This document shows positions 38,217 through 48,514 of a stretch of DNA of 64,000 nucleotides, piece by piece. The position numbers were made by a program, and so were the translations under genes. Source of the stretch: Glycera tridactyla (lineage: Eukaryota); NCBI GenBank assembly GCA_965644265.1, contig OZ286459.1, positions 117,676,001 through 117,740,000 on the forward strand. The letters are read 5' to 3'. Position 1 is the first letter of the stretch; each line of letters opens with the position of its first letter. Under the pieces are notes generated by a model, which did not search any database, had not been told where the DNA came from, and worked only from the letters and a program-made list of their open reading frames with translations.

Positions 38217-39051
38217 GTCTGTGTTTCGGCTCCGAGCTGAAAACACCTACCCTCCTCTCCTCCCCAAGGGGGGGGGGGGGGGTTGGTGGAATGCAGCACT
38301 ACCACGCATGGCCCTTCTGAAGCCAGGCGTGGAAGATGTGATCGTCCAATTCACATCGCTTACTATCTCAACACAGTTTTCTACAACTGTGTGTGTTTTT
38401 ATCGCGACACAGCCCTTCTGAAGCTGTGCCTGCCAAGAAAAAACCTTGTACATCCAGCAATGAGTAGGTTTTCGTCTCCTGAGTGACTCAGTCCCTCTGA
38501 GGCTGTGATCCACCTAAATAGAAGGGAAAGACCAAATTTGCGGTCAATGACGGAAATTACTCATTGTTGAAATAGAAAAACAAGGTACCTCCCCAAAGCG
38601 ACCAAACTGGGCAAGAAAACCGCCCTGGCCCTTGAGATCACTATTTTTGAGAATAGAAAAGTTACAGTCATACACTGCATTGCTATGGAATGGGATGCAA
38701 GAGAACCATTCATGAGGAGTCAATTTCTCACGAAAATCTGATTCGAAAATGAACGGAAGGAGGAATGCAGGGAGTGTGAGAGTATGAATGAAAGAAATGA
38801 CGTAACTTTTTAAACTGGGTCAAGACGGCGGCAGATATAGGGCAAAAGGTGAATGGGGCAATAAAAAACCCTGCTGGAAAGATACTGGCTGGTATCCGGC
38901 AGCAGCGGCCACGACCGGGGGAATTAACCACCCTCCAGAGTGTGAAATGCCTCAAATCCGGTCTTTCCATCACTGACCGCCAGACACGCCACACGTGCTT
39001 CTCAGAACCGTTTTTGTCACTTAGCCAAAGGTGACTTTCCTGTGAAACAAA

Positions 39052-40971
39052 ATGGATCCCCATGAGGAGGATATGCCAGGAGATGACTGTCCAGACAAAA
39101 GACAGAAAAAGGTAACTCATACCAAAAAACCTAGAAAAAGTAGAAGGAATATTGAGAACACTGCCATGCCTGTCTCAGAAGCCGAGCCTAGTGTCACCTC
39201 GACTATTCTACAGGCCTTCTCACAGGCTGAGGCTTCCTTATTAGAAGCAAGTGAGGAATCGTTGCAAAACGAAATTGTCAATGAGAACACAGAGGTTTTC
39301 AACTCAGAAGAAGCAATTTCTGCTGTTGAAAATCTGCTTTTGTCTCAGGCCATTGAAAACTCTAGGACAGATGTCTCAAATGCGCCACAAGCGGGCACTA
39401 GCACAAATCAGGCCCTGACAACATCAGAAATGATACAGCGCGAATTAGAACCCTTCAAGACTCAAATGCAGGTTCTCCTCTCGCAGATTTCACAAACAGT
39501 GGCTGATAGCCAAATACCACTGGTTAATATGCGCAACCAGGCACGAACACAACAAAAAGACAAAATTGATATAGATGTAGAAAATCACGCGAACGTGGCG
39601 CATGAAATGTCATCATCTGAAGATGAAGACTCGGATGAAAACCACTACATGACGCAATTTGAAGATATTTCTGATCCGGAAATGGAAGACCCAGAAACAG
39701 AGATAAGAAATGGCCCGAAAGCCATCAGGCCAATCCCGCTCAGTGCCAATGAATTGGACAAACCCTCTGATCCACGTTTGCTGCCACAGGCAGACATGTC
39801 AGCCGCTGACCTGCCAATATTAAAATTTCAAAAGAGAAAAGATGCCAAGCAGAACAACAAGTCGACCAAAAATAAGGCAAATGAGCCAACAAAAAATCTA
39901 TCAGATGCGACAAATACTGTTCTTAATCTAGTTCAGTCAACAGACTTTTCCGTACAAGGCACGCAGCCTGTTCCGGCCACAATTCCGACAGCGTTAAATG
40001 CCCAAGCGCCAGCTGCGGTGGCACGAGCCCCCCAACACACACACACACGTGCCAACACCACCCAGGTGGTCGATTCATTGCCCATGCACATGCCACCACA
40101 AACCTCATTCCAGACAGGGGGGCCACTTCCTGGAAATCAAAATTTTGACAATTCTATCTTACGTCTGCTCCAGCAGACCGATGATGATTATTCAGAGGAT
40201 GACAAATCTGGACCACCCATATCAGAAACACTGGCGGCCAAGATTACTGAAATGTTGTCATCCAAACTAAACAAAGAAGCTATAGATAACCTAACAAAGA
40301 ATATTCTGATTCCAGAAAACGTGCCCTTGCTCAGACCCCCACTTGCAAATACAGAAATTTGGGCAAGAATGGAAGATTTCGTTAAAACAGCTGACACAAA
40401 GCGCAGACAGGCTCAAACATTGATTTCAAGGGGAGTGACTCCCCTTATAGCGCTACTCGATGAGTTACTTAACCATCATAGAATCTCGAACACTGAATTG
40501 GCGAATAAATTGTTGACCGCCATCCAATTGCTTTCAGCGGCGATGATTGAAATCACCCTCCTTCGAAGGTTTGCGCTAAGGCCTCAATTAGGCCCTTATC
40601 GTATGCTTTGTGCACGTAAGATCCCTTTCTCAAACCTTTTATTTGGAGATATTGCAAAGGAACTCAGAGAGGTGGCAGAATCGCAGGCTATTTCTGAGAG
40701 AATTTCACGGTTTGATAGGGGCAGCCGCGGAAGGGGCAACAGGGGACGGCCACGCGGTAGGTGGCAAAACAACAGTGAGAATAGTGAGGGGTCCCAGGGA
40801 GGCAATGAGACAGGCAGTGACAGGGGCAGGGGCCAGAGACGCCCATACCAGGACTCACAAGGTCAAAATCAAAACCCTGGCACATCCTCACAGAATGGTG
40901 GAAATGATCCCACAAACCGATCCCCACAAGCTAAATACCGACGTGGAGCACGTGGCAGGTCACAACGATGA
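39052..40971 (+). CDS. DIRS ORF1, gag-like protein (639 aa)
   Basis: Long open ORF directly upstream of pol. Contains IPENVPLLRPPLANTEIW...D and an RG-rich C-terminus; no CCHC knuckle seen. Confidence 0.85.
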   Translation: MDPHEEDMPGDDCPDKRQKKVTHTKKPRKSRRNIENTAMPVSEAEPSVTSTILQAFSQAEASLLEASEESLQNEIVNENTEVFNSEEAISAVENLLLSQAIENSRTDVSNAPQAGTSTNQALTTSEMIQRELEPFKTQMQVLLSQISQTVADSQIPLVNMRNQARTQQKDKIDIDVENHANVAHEMSSSEDEDSDENHYMTQFEDISDPEMEDPETEIRNGPKAIRPIPLSANELDKPSDPRLLPQADMSAADLPILKFQKRKDAKQNNKSTKNKANEPTKNLSDATNTVLNLVQSTDFSVQGTQPVPATIPTALNAQAPAAVARAPQHTHTRANTTQVVDSLPMHMPPQTSFQTGGPLPGNQNFDNSILRLLQQTDDDYSEDDKSGPPISETLAAKITEMLSSKLNKEAIDNLTKNILIPENVPLLRPPLANTEIWARMEDFVKTADTKRRQAQTLISRGVTPLIALLDELLNHHRISNTELANKLLTAIQLLSAAMIEITLLRRFALRPQLGPYRMLCARKIPFSNLLFGDIAKELREVAESQAISERISRFDRGSRGRGNRGRPRGRWQNNSENSEGSQGGNETGSDRGRGQRRPYQDSQGQNQNPGTSSQNGGNDPTNRSPQAKYRRGARGRSQR

Positions 40972-42944
40972 TGGCAGCTGAACAGGAAACACCTCCCAGA
41001 GAAGTAAGTCACTCTCCTATTCCACTGACGGGGGCAACCCAGCTCAAGATACGTAAATGGAGGGAGATTACATCAAATCAATACATATTGCGGGTGATTG
41101 CATCAGGACTTAGGATAGAGTTTACTAAACAGCCCACACAGTCACACAGACCAACCACCTGCACACAAGAACATTTGCATGAACATGTAGACCAAGAAGT
41201 CAAAAAACTGTTGAAAAACAATGTCATTGAGCTGTGCCAACCGGAACCTGGGGATTTTTATTCTACTATTTTCTTGACACCTAAGAAAACGCCAGGACAG
41301 TATCGGATGATCATAAACCTGAAGCCGCTGAAAAAATTCATTGAAAAGACAAAATTCAAAATGGATACTGTTACCACTTGCATGACTCTCATGCAGCCAG
41401 AACATTGGATGATGTCTATAGACCTCCAAGATGCATATTATAGCATCCTGGTGCATCCCAGAGACAGAAAGTATTTACGATTCAAATGGGGGGGAAAACA
41501 CTACCAGTACAGGGCAATGCCAATGGGATTATCACCATCCCCACGCATTTTCACGAAAATTACAAAACCCATCATGGCACATTTGAGGGAAGAGGGGATC
41601 ACAGGATCGATCTATTTGGATGATATTTGGCTGCAATGTGAGTCAAAAGGAGACTGCCTCCAGGCAGGACTTTATGCCATCAATTTCCTGCGCGATCTAG
41701 GTTTCACAGTAAATGAGAAGAAGTCGGTCGTTTACCCCACTCAAATCATTGAACATTTGGGATTCAAACTCAATACCTTGGATATGTCAGTGTCACTAAC
41801 AGATGAAAAAATTGAACGACTCAAGGTTCGAGCGGCACCGGTTCTCGCCAGTCAAGCCACAATTAGAGAAACTATGGGCCTGTTAGGGACCATGCAATCT
41901 TGCATACCAGGGACACAAAATGGTAATCTATTCAAACACACCCTAGAACGTAGGAAAAACTTGGCAGTTGCTGCAGAGAGAGGGAACCTTGAAGCAAGAT
42001 TTCTAACACCAGACGAGGTGATTCCAGACATACAATGGTGGTTAGTAAAAGCAGCAACAGACCACAGAAAACTGATCAGCCCCCCTACTGATATAGAGGT
42101 GTCCACGGATGCATCATTAGAGGGATGGGGCATTTGGTGTGCACAGACAGCCGAGAGGGCGCAAGGACGTTGGACAGTAACAGAGGGCCAACATCACATA
42201 AATACACTTGAACTCAGGGCAGTCAGATGGGGCCTGCAAGCACTATTACATACAGTGAAAAACAAACATGTACACATCCTCACAGACAATTCCACCACTG
42301 TGACGTACATAAATCAGAAAGGGGGATGTCGATCAAGATCCTGTAATGAAGAAACGAGGAGTTTGTGGCTGTGGGCTCTAGAACACAATATTATGATGAC
42401 AGCGAATCATGTACCAGGCATAGAGAATAATATTGCTGACTCCCTGAGCCGCACATTCAATGATAGGTCAGAATGGAGTCTGTCAAAAAAGCTATTTGAT
42501 CGAGGATGCACTCTCCTAGATATCAAGCCTGACATCGATCTATTTGCTTCAAGGTTGAACACAAAATGCATGAAATATGTTTCTTTTCACTTCGACCCTT
42601 TTGCCTATGAAATTGATGCTTTTAGACTGCGATGGAAGGACTTAGGACTTATATACTGTTTTCCTCCTTTCAGCATGGTGGCAAAGGTGCTACAGAAAAT
42701 TCAAATAGAGAGAATTATGGCAGTACTGGTGGTCCCGAAGTGGCCTTCGGCGGCATGGTTCGCGCAACTACTGACGTGCCTGCAAGGCAACCCACTGGAA
42801 ATAGTGGTAGACGCACAAAACGTTCAATTGCCACACGCGCCAGGGAAGCCACACCCACTTCAGGGTCATCTGAGGCTGTGGATGTGCCTGGTTTCAGGAG
42901 AGCACTCGAAAAAGTTAACTTGCCCAGGGCTGCAAAGGATATAA
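40968..42944 (+). CDS. DIRS ORF2: reverse transcriptase, RNase H and methyltransferase-like domain (658 aa)
   Basis: RT: FYSTIFLTPKK, RMIINLK, SIDLQDAY, MPMGLSPSPRIFTK, YLDD. RNase H: TDAS, HINTLELRA, TDN, HVPGIENNIADSLSR. MT-like: IDLFAS, YCFPPF, VPKWPSAAWF. Confidence 0.97.
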   Translation: MMAAEQETPPREVSHSPIPLTGATQLKIRKWREITSNQYILRVIASGLRIEFTKQPTQSHRPTTCTQEHLHEHVDQEVKKLLKNNVIELCQPEPGDFYSTIFLTPKKTPGQYRMIINLKPLKKFIEKTKFKMDTVTTCMTLMQPEHWMMSIDLQDAYYSILVHPRDRKYLRFKWGGKHYQYRAMPMGLSPSPRIFTKITKPIMAHLREEGITGSIYLDDIWLQCESKGDCLQAGLYAINFLRDLGFTVNEKKSVVYPTQIIEHLGFKLNTLDMSVSLTDEKIERLKVRAAPVLASQATIRETMGLLGTMQSCIPGTQNGNLFKHTLERRKNLAVAAERGNLEARFLTPDEVIPDIQWWLVKAATDHRKLISPPTDIEVSTDASLEGWGIWCAQTAERAQGRWTVTEGQHHINTLELRAVRWGLQALLHTVKNKHVHILTDNSTTVTYINQKGGCRSRSCNEETRSLWLWALEHNIMMTANHVPGIENNIADSLSRTFNDRSEWSLSKKLFDRGCTLLDIKPDIDLFASRLNTKCMKYVSFHFDPFAYEIDAFRLRWKDLGLIYCFPPFSMVAKVLQKIQIERIMAVLVVPKWPSAAWFAQLLTCLQGNPLEIVVDAQNVQLPHAPGKPHPLQGHLRLWMCLVSGEHSKKLTCPGLQRI

Positions 42945-43879
42945 TCCTTAAATCATGGAGGCCCAGTACCATGAAACAATACAAATCCTACCTAGGAAGG
43001 TGGGAGATTTTCTGTGAGATGCACAATTTAGATGCAGACTACCCATCTGAAATACATATCATTGATTTTCTGAACTCACTTTTTGAACAGAATCTGTCAA
43101 TTACGGCTGTCAAGGCAGCGAAAGCAGCAATTACTACATTAAGAATCCTGAATTGTGGATGCATGGCGCCAATGCCATTATTAGATCAGTTCATGAAAGG
43201 TGTGTCTATACTGCGACCACCCCGGGCAAAACATGAGAATATCTGGGACCCGGATGTTGTTGTGGCCTATATTGAGACGCTACCTGATAACGCGGCCATG
43301 ACACTTTTTGAATTGAACAAAAAATTGGCAACATTATTGGCATTGGCCACGGGCCAGAGAATTCAGACCCTTCACGCGCTAAATATCCAAAACCTCACCG
43401 TCACAAGCGAGTATGTTATTTTTCATGTCAAAGAGCGAATGAAACAGACTACAGGCACACGAAAATCGCCATCTATAGTGCTCCCTGTTCTGGCGGAAAA
43501 TGCGAAAATCTGCGTGGTGCGCTGCTTATTGCAATATCTCAAAACTACGAAAAACATTAGACAAACAATAACAAAGCTGTTTGTCACATCAAACGAGCCA
43601 ACCACGCAGGCATCTCAAAAAACCATCAGTGGATGGATAAAGAGAACGATCACGGCAGCTGGTATCAAAACCACATTTTCTGCACATTCAACCAGAGCAG
43701 CCGTGGCAAGCAAAGCAGCGCAAAGTATGACTATTAATGAGATCATGGAAGCGGTTGACTGGAAATCCAGGTCAGTTTTCCGCAGACATTATTTACGGCC
43801 AATTAGCTCGCTGGCAACTTTAACCCACTCAGTACTGCCTGCACACTCTCTATTTGGAAAAAACGGGAGCCTACCATGA
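42632..43879 (+). CDS. DIRS ORF3, tyrosine recombinase (415 aa from the first ATG)
   Basis: SAM-like N-domain SWRPSTMKQY; catalytic R (ATGQR), H-x-x-R (AHSTR), W and Y (DWKSRSVFRRHY). Overlaps pol by 313 nt in another frame. Confidence 0.95.
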   Translation: MEGLRTYILFSSFQHGGKGATENSNRENYGSTGGPEVAFGGMVRATTDVPARQPTGNSGRRTKRSIATRAREATPTSGSSEAVDVPGFRRALEKVNLPRAAKDIILKSWRPSTMKQYKSYLGRWEIFCEMHNLDADYPSEIHIIDFLNSLFEQNLSITAVKAAKAAITTLRILNCGCMAPMPLLDQFMKGVSILRPPRAKHENIWDPDVVVAYIETLPDNAAMTLFELNKKLATLLALATGQRIQTLHALNIQNLTVTSEYVIFHVKERMKQTTGTRKSPSIVLPVLAENAKICVVRCLLQYLKTTKNIRQTITKLFVTSNEPTTQASQKTISGWIKRTITAAGIKTTFSAHSTRAAVASKAAQSMTINEIMEAVDWKSRSVFRRHYLRPISSLATLTHSVLPAHSLFGKNGSLP

Positions 43880-44028
43880 AGATGCCAAGGTTGGACCTGT
43901 CACTTGCCAAGACCACCGGTGATGTGTATCATATTCCACCACTCGATTTTTTGGAGTTTTTCTGACATTTTAAGAAAAACTTTCTACTACCGTTGAACTT
44001 ACTGGATATTTGTCTGTGTTATTTCCAG

Positions 44029-44421
44029 ATGGCATACTCCATGAACCTGCCGTCTCCATGGGAGAGAAGCTTTTATGCAGAACGATTCACAGTGCATAAG
44101 GATTACGAAGATGACCTGATAAAGGCATGCATTTTCAACCTGAGCCACTGCATTATGGTGCGCAGATCACCATGCACATGTGTAACATGTGAGCCAGTAT
44201 ATACTTATCAACAAATCAAGGTTGAGTTTGTATTCATCATCAGCGAACCTGGGGAACATACCAGTTGGCAAGATGTGAGAGATAACATCAGGGCTGTCCG
44301 CCAGATGGAGGTTGCAACTGTGGTATGGGACTACATTACTGCTCGGTACCCAGACGCTATCCCACGGTTCTCCCAGCGCATTCGTGTGGTTTGTGACGAC
44401 GGTTTCGTGTATGAGGTCTGA
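44029..44421 (+). CDS. Extra ORF4 inside the DIRS element (130 aa, unknown function)
   Basis: ATG immediately after a strong acceptor (TTTGTCTGTGTTATTTCCAG|ATG). Complex protein-like sequence with an H-C-x7-C-x-C-x2-C cluster. Lies between YR and the ICR. Confidence 0.6.
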   Translation: MAYSMNLPSPWERSFYAERFTVHKDYEDDLIKACIFNLSHCIMVRRSPCTCVTCEPVYTYQQIKVEFVFIISEPGEHTSWQDVRDNIRAVRQMEVATVVWDYITARYPDAIPRFSQRIRVVCDDGFVYEV

Positions 44422-45015
44422 GTCAACAGCATCGTGAACAGCACCCACTAGCCGGAGAGGCCGGCCAACACACTACAATGACACTCACGCACACACACAC
44501 CACATACACGCATCCTGGTAACAACATAACATGTACCCCGCTGGGTGCACAATACCACATCTGGACCAGAACTTTGAAAGATATGTCAGAGGGGAGGAGG
44601 GACAAGAAGAATTATATTTGATAAATATTTTACAAACAACTGCGTGATGTTTTGACTGAGGGGGAGGGGGGGGGGGAGAAATTCCCCCTCTCCCTCTCCC
44701 AAAGGCACCGAATGCCTATAGAGTTCATGATGTGTGTTAACATATGAACTACAAACCAGTACTAGGGACCCGGTACCTTCGGGGTGCGAGAGCCTTAGTT
44801 GCACACTGGTTGAAGTTTTTCTTATTTACATGACAATTGTTTGCCTGGGGCCCCAATACCTGGGGGGTGTGAGTGCCTCAGGAATGTATCAGTCTTTACA
44901 AACCACCTGATTATTGTACCTCGTGGCCTGATGAATAATTAGAGTTACTCGAGACAATTAGGGGTTTTTCAGCTGTAGTGAGCCTAAACATGGACATGTT
45001 TTGAGATCTACAAAG

Positions 45016-45142
45016 ATCCTTTGTCCGGAGGGGTGCCCTCCGTGAAACGGAGGCAATTGATGGAAGGTTAGACCTAGAGTAACGTGGTCTAACCTACATC
45101 AGTTGCCTGTTTCACGGGGGGCACCCCGAAGGATTAACAAAG
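45016..45142. repeat. DIRS internal complementary region (ICR)
   Basis: The left half is complementary to the left terminus and the right half to 45247-45327. Its reverse complement reads as the circle junction ...CTAACCTTC-CAT-CAATTGCC... Confidence 0.93.
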
Positions 45143-45211
45143 CCCACCCGGGCTACCCACCCTTGTTAATCCTTCCTTTTCTGCTTCTCACAAAACATGT
45201 GTCTGCAAAAT

Positions 45212-45327
45212 TGGAGACTCGGAGCCGACTAACGCACTCTTATCCTTTGTTAATCCTTCGGGGTGCCCCCCGTGAAACAGGCAACTGATGTAGGTTAGAC
45301 CACGTTACTCTAGGTCTAACCTTCCAT
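45212..45327. repeat. DIRS right terminus (ITR plus right extension)
   Basis: TGGAGACTCGGAGCCGACTAACGCACTCTTATCCTTTGT, then an extension complementary to the ICR, ending CTAACCTTCCAT. Confidence 0.93.
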
Positions 45328-47431
45328 TGGGGACATGTGATCTCTGCCAAGGCCAACACCACCATCGGGTGAAATATGCCGTATTCATGTCATATTATGG
45401 CCATGAAATTAGCACGAACTATGAAATGGAGCCCGTAGAAAGCATCACCTAATGATAGCACTAAGTGTTTCCCGAATTTCTATGGATTTGATACTGCAGG
45501 ATATCTAGGGAGAAAATGATAGGTATTGGAAAAGAAACACCTCCTGTTGGCACGCTTGGGTATAAACAATAAGTGCACATCCCAATACTACTTATTATTT
45601 GTGGGTCAGCAAAACAAGCCATCATAATATTTGTGTATATTCGCTCTTGTCTTCTGCGCATTCGTTTCATGGCCAAACTGAGAGTCAAAATTGAAAAGCT
45701 TTGTGCGAATTCTCAATCGAACAACAGCTCCACGGTCAGACACGGAATATCATTCACAAAGTGTGTATCCTGACGTATCTGATTCGTCAAACTTCCCAAA
45801 TCCCGACATATAACTAAATATATGATTCAGTGCTGGATGCTGTTCCCGATAGATAGAGCAGATCAGCCGGGGAGAGTGAAGTCAGATATTAGATGTAGCT
45901 ACGATGTGCAGATCGGGCTAACCTGGACGGACATTGATCACCATGCTAAACCATCAAAGAAGAGAAATACTGATGACAGAATAGCGGGCCTGCGTTGCCG
46001 AGAGAACAATATTTTCTCTTGCTATCTAGGCTAAAGCAGCAATTCAATATTCAGCCAGTGTTGATGCTTTAGCCTGGTACATTGTGAAGTGACATAAACT
46101 CTAACTGGTGTATTTAATTATTGACATGAGGAATACATTTTGTAGCCCCCTATAGCAACAAACGCAGACATTACACAAATACATGAGCTATATCAAAAGA
46201 TACAATCGTTGTCTTCATTTGCTCCATACTAATCTTTTTAGCCAGTTTGGCTTAAGATTGTAAATTTCTTCAGCCAGACGCCAAAAGCTCTAGTCCCTGG
46301 CTAAGAGGCTTATGACTAGCCCTGACAGAGCCTGTGTATATGGGCGGAAGGCTAGTCGGGTTCATATGGCCTGCTCATGTGATAGGCTTCATATGGTCAG
46401 TGTGTGAGCGCCGAGAGAGGCGGTCGTGTTTCGAAGCAGACAGAGGATACATGCATATATTAGACGAGGTATGATGGCGGTGTCTCGAGCATCTAGACAC
46501 GTCTAGACAGTCGTACCAGCATCGGTTTGTGCGTCTGCGTGCGTCATGATATCTCCCCATACATAAATGAATAGATCATATCCGTTTCAATGAGATGATG
46601 AAAAGGTAGACATGCACATGCAGTATCATCTCCTCAATTCTTTTTAGCATGTGCATTGTGGGTGTNNNNNNNNNNNNNNNNNNNNNNNNNNNNNNNNNNN
46701 NNNNNNNNNNNNNNNNNNNNNNNNNNNNNNNNNNNNNNNNNNNNNNNNNNNNNNNNNNNNNNNNNNNNNNNNNNNNNNNNNNNNNNNNNNNNNNNNNNNN
46801 NNNNNNNNNNNNNNNNNNNNNNNNNNNNNNNNNNNNNNNNNNNNNNNNNNNNNNNNNNNNNNNNNNNNNNNNNNNNNNNNNNNNNNNNNNNNNNNNNNNN
46901 NNNNNNNNNNNNNNNNNNNNNNNNNNNNNNNNNNNNNNNNNNNNNNNNNNNNNNNCGGTGAAAATCACCAACAATAAGCTATCCATCTGGCCCTAAAAGA
47001 TGTATCTTTTGTGATACTATTTATAGGCTACATAGATGGTTGGCTGTGGTCATAAAACATGGCTCAGAGCTTGAGCAGGTACAATACCGATCCACCCGGC
47101 CATTGGGCAGGTGGATTTCCCAAATGATCCCCAAATCGTGTTACGTTATAAACTTTGTGGATGCTTCAGCAACCGATCGGCGCGTACTTCGCACAATGGT
47201 TCATAGATCAATGGCATGTTCTCAAGATATTCATGTCATGCACTGATATTGATTTCTCGATGAAAACAGAAATGTTCACGTAAGTAGGGGCTGGTTGACT
47301 GGTAGGCTGATTTCTTCATGGTGAAGCCGTAACTGCAATTATGCCACGCCGTTATAATGGAGGGGACGTGATTCGTGCCCTAACCAGCGAAACCAGTAAT
47401 GATACCGAACCAGAGTTCGGCACAAGTGAAC

Positions 47432-47432
47432 A

Positions 47433-47495
<63 letters not shown>

Positions 47496-47513
47496 CATCA
47501 TCATCATTATTAT
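47432..47513. repeat. (ATT)n microsatellite
   Basis: Direct read. Confidence 0.98.
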
Positions 47514-48447
47514 GAAAGTGGTGATCCATACTGATAACTAGCGTATTTTTATTCCTAATAAGTTTGCGGAGTTATAGACTTCATTTCCTGTGATGTATGT
47601 CCCCGTATCGGAGTGGGATCAGCTCGAGAAATCTCATTATATTACATATCTACATTGAAAAGTCCAAATCTGTGCGCAGTCAAAATGATGATCTGATCTT
47701 AAATATAGTATGTAGGGTGAATAACTAGTTCATAAGAATAGGAGTCATGCATGTGATCTGCACTAGAGTCAAAATATGGTCGTAGGGGGAGGAAGACGTA
47801 TGTTATGGGTACACTATTCGTTATCCTGGAATAGAATGATGTCGAACCCTCGAATCTGAGTCGTAAGACGGGGTCGAATCCCATCGACACACAACTTCTC
47901 TATAAAGGCCACCCTCAGCTGCGACCGTGATAGCACTTTCAACAGTAAATGACCTTTTTATAGAGGGCACCAGCCTATAACTTTGTACAACGGCCACTTT
48001 TTGATGGGACCGAGGTGGCCTTAAAGGCAGGTTCGGCCGCATACGACAACATATTCTAGCTGATCTGTACACTGAAGCTATTGTTTGTGATGGTGGGTGG
48101 TAGCTAGGCAGATTTATTTTATCCTAGATGTAGTAATGAATTATACACACAGGGACGATCAGGCCGCGCTCGCCGGCTGAGTCGGGGCAGGAATATGGCT
48201 TTATCGCCCGGTACTGTTTACAGAGTCACAATTTCCATACAAACGGCACGTACATGGTTGCCTCGGACAACTCAATCATGCGAGTCATGAATGCCTCTGT
48301 GTATAAACGAGAGCAAAGCCACCAGGGGGCACAAACAGTTCTGATGCATGACCTGGAATGCGAACTACTTGCTTTATTGTTCAAATACCGACTAGAGCAA
48401 ACCATACTCAGATCCCACGCAATGGTCATGGCTGGGATCATACAAGA

Positions 48448-48514
48448 CTCCTCCTCCTCCTCCTCCTCCTCCTCCTCCTCCTCCTCCTCCTCCTCCTCCT
48501 CCTCCTCCTCCTCC
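48448..48514. repeat. (CTC)n microsatellite inside a copy of the dispersed repeat
   Basis: Flanks TACAAGA-(CTC)n-TGGGTCCC match CCAAGACTCCTCCTTCTGGGTCCC of the 53.1-kb copy. Confidence 0.9.

Larger units (their letters stand above)
38140..45327 (+). mobile_element. Full-length DIRS1-type tyrosine-recombinase retrotransposon (7188 bp)
   Basis: gag, RT-RNaseH-MT and YR ORFs. The ITR core 38178-38216 is the inverse of 45212-45250. The ICR 45016-45142 is complementary to both termini. CAT sits at both ends and at the ICR junction. Confidence 0.95.

Noticed and set aside
38728-39120. 130-aa antisense ORF and 61-aa upstream ORF in the DIRS leader
   Set aside because: No motifs; length is compatible with chance next to the long gag frame.
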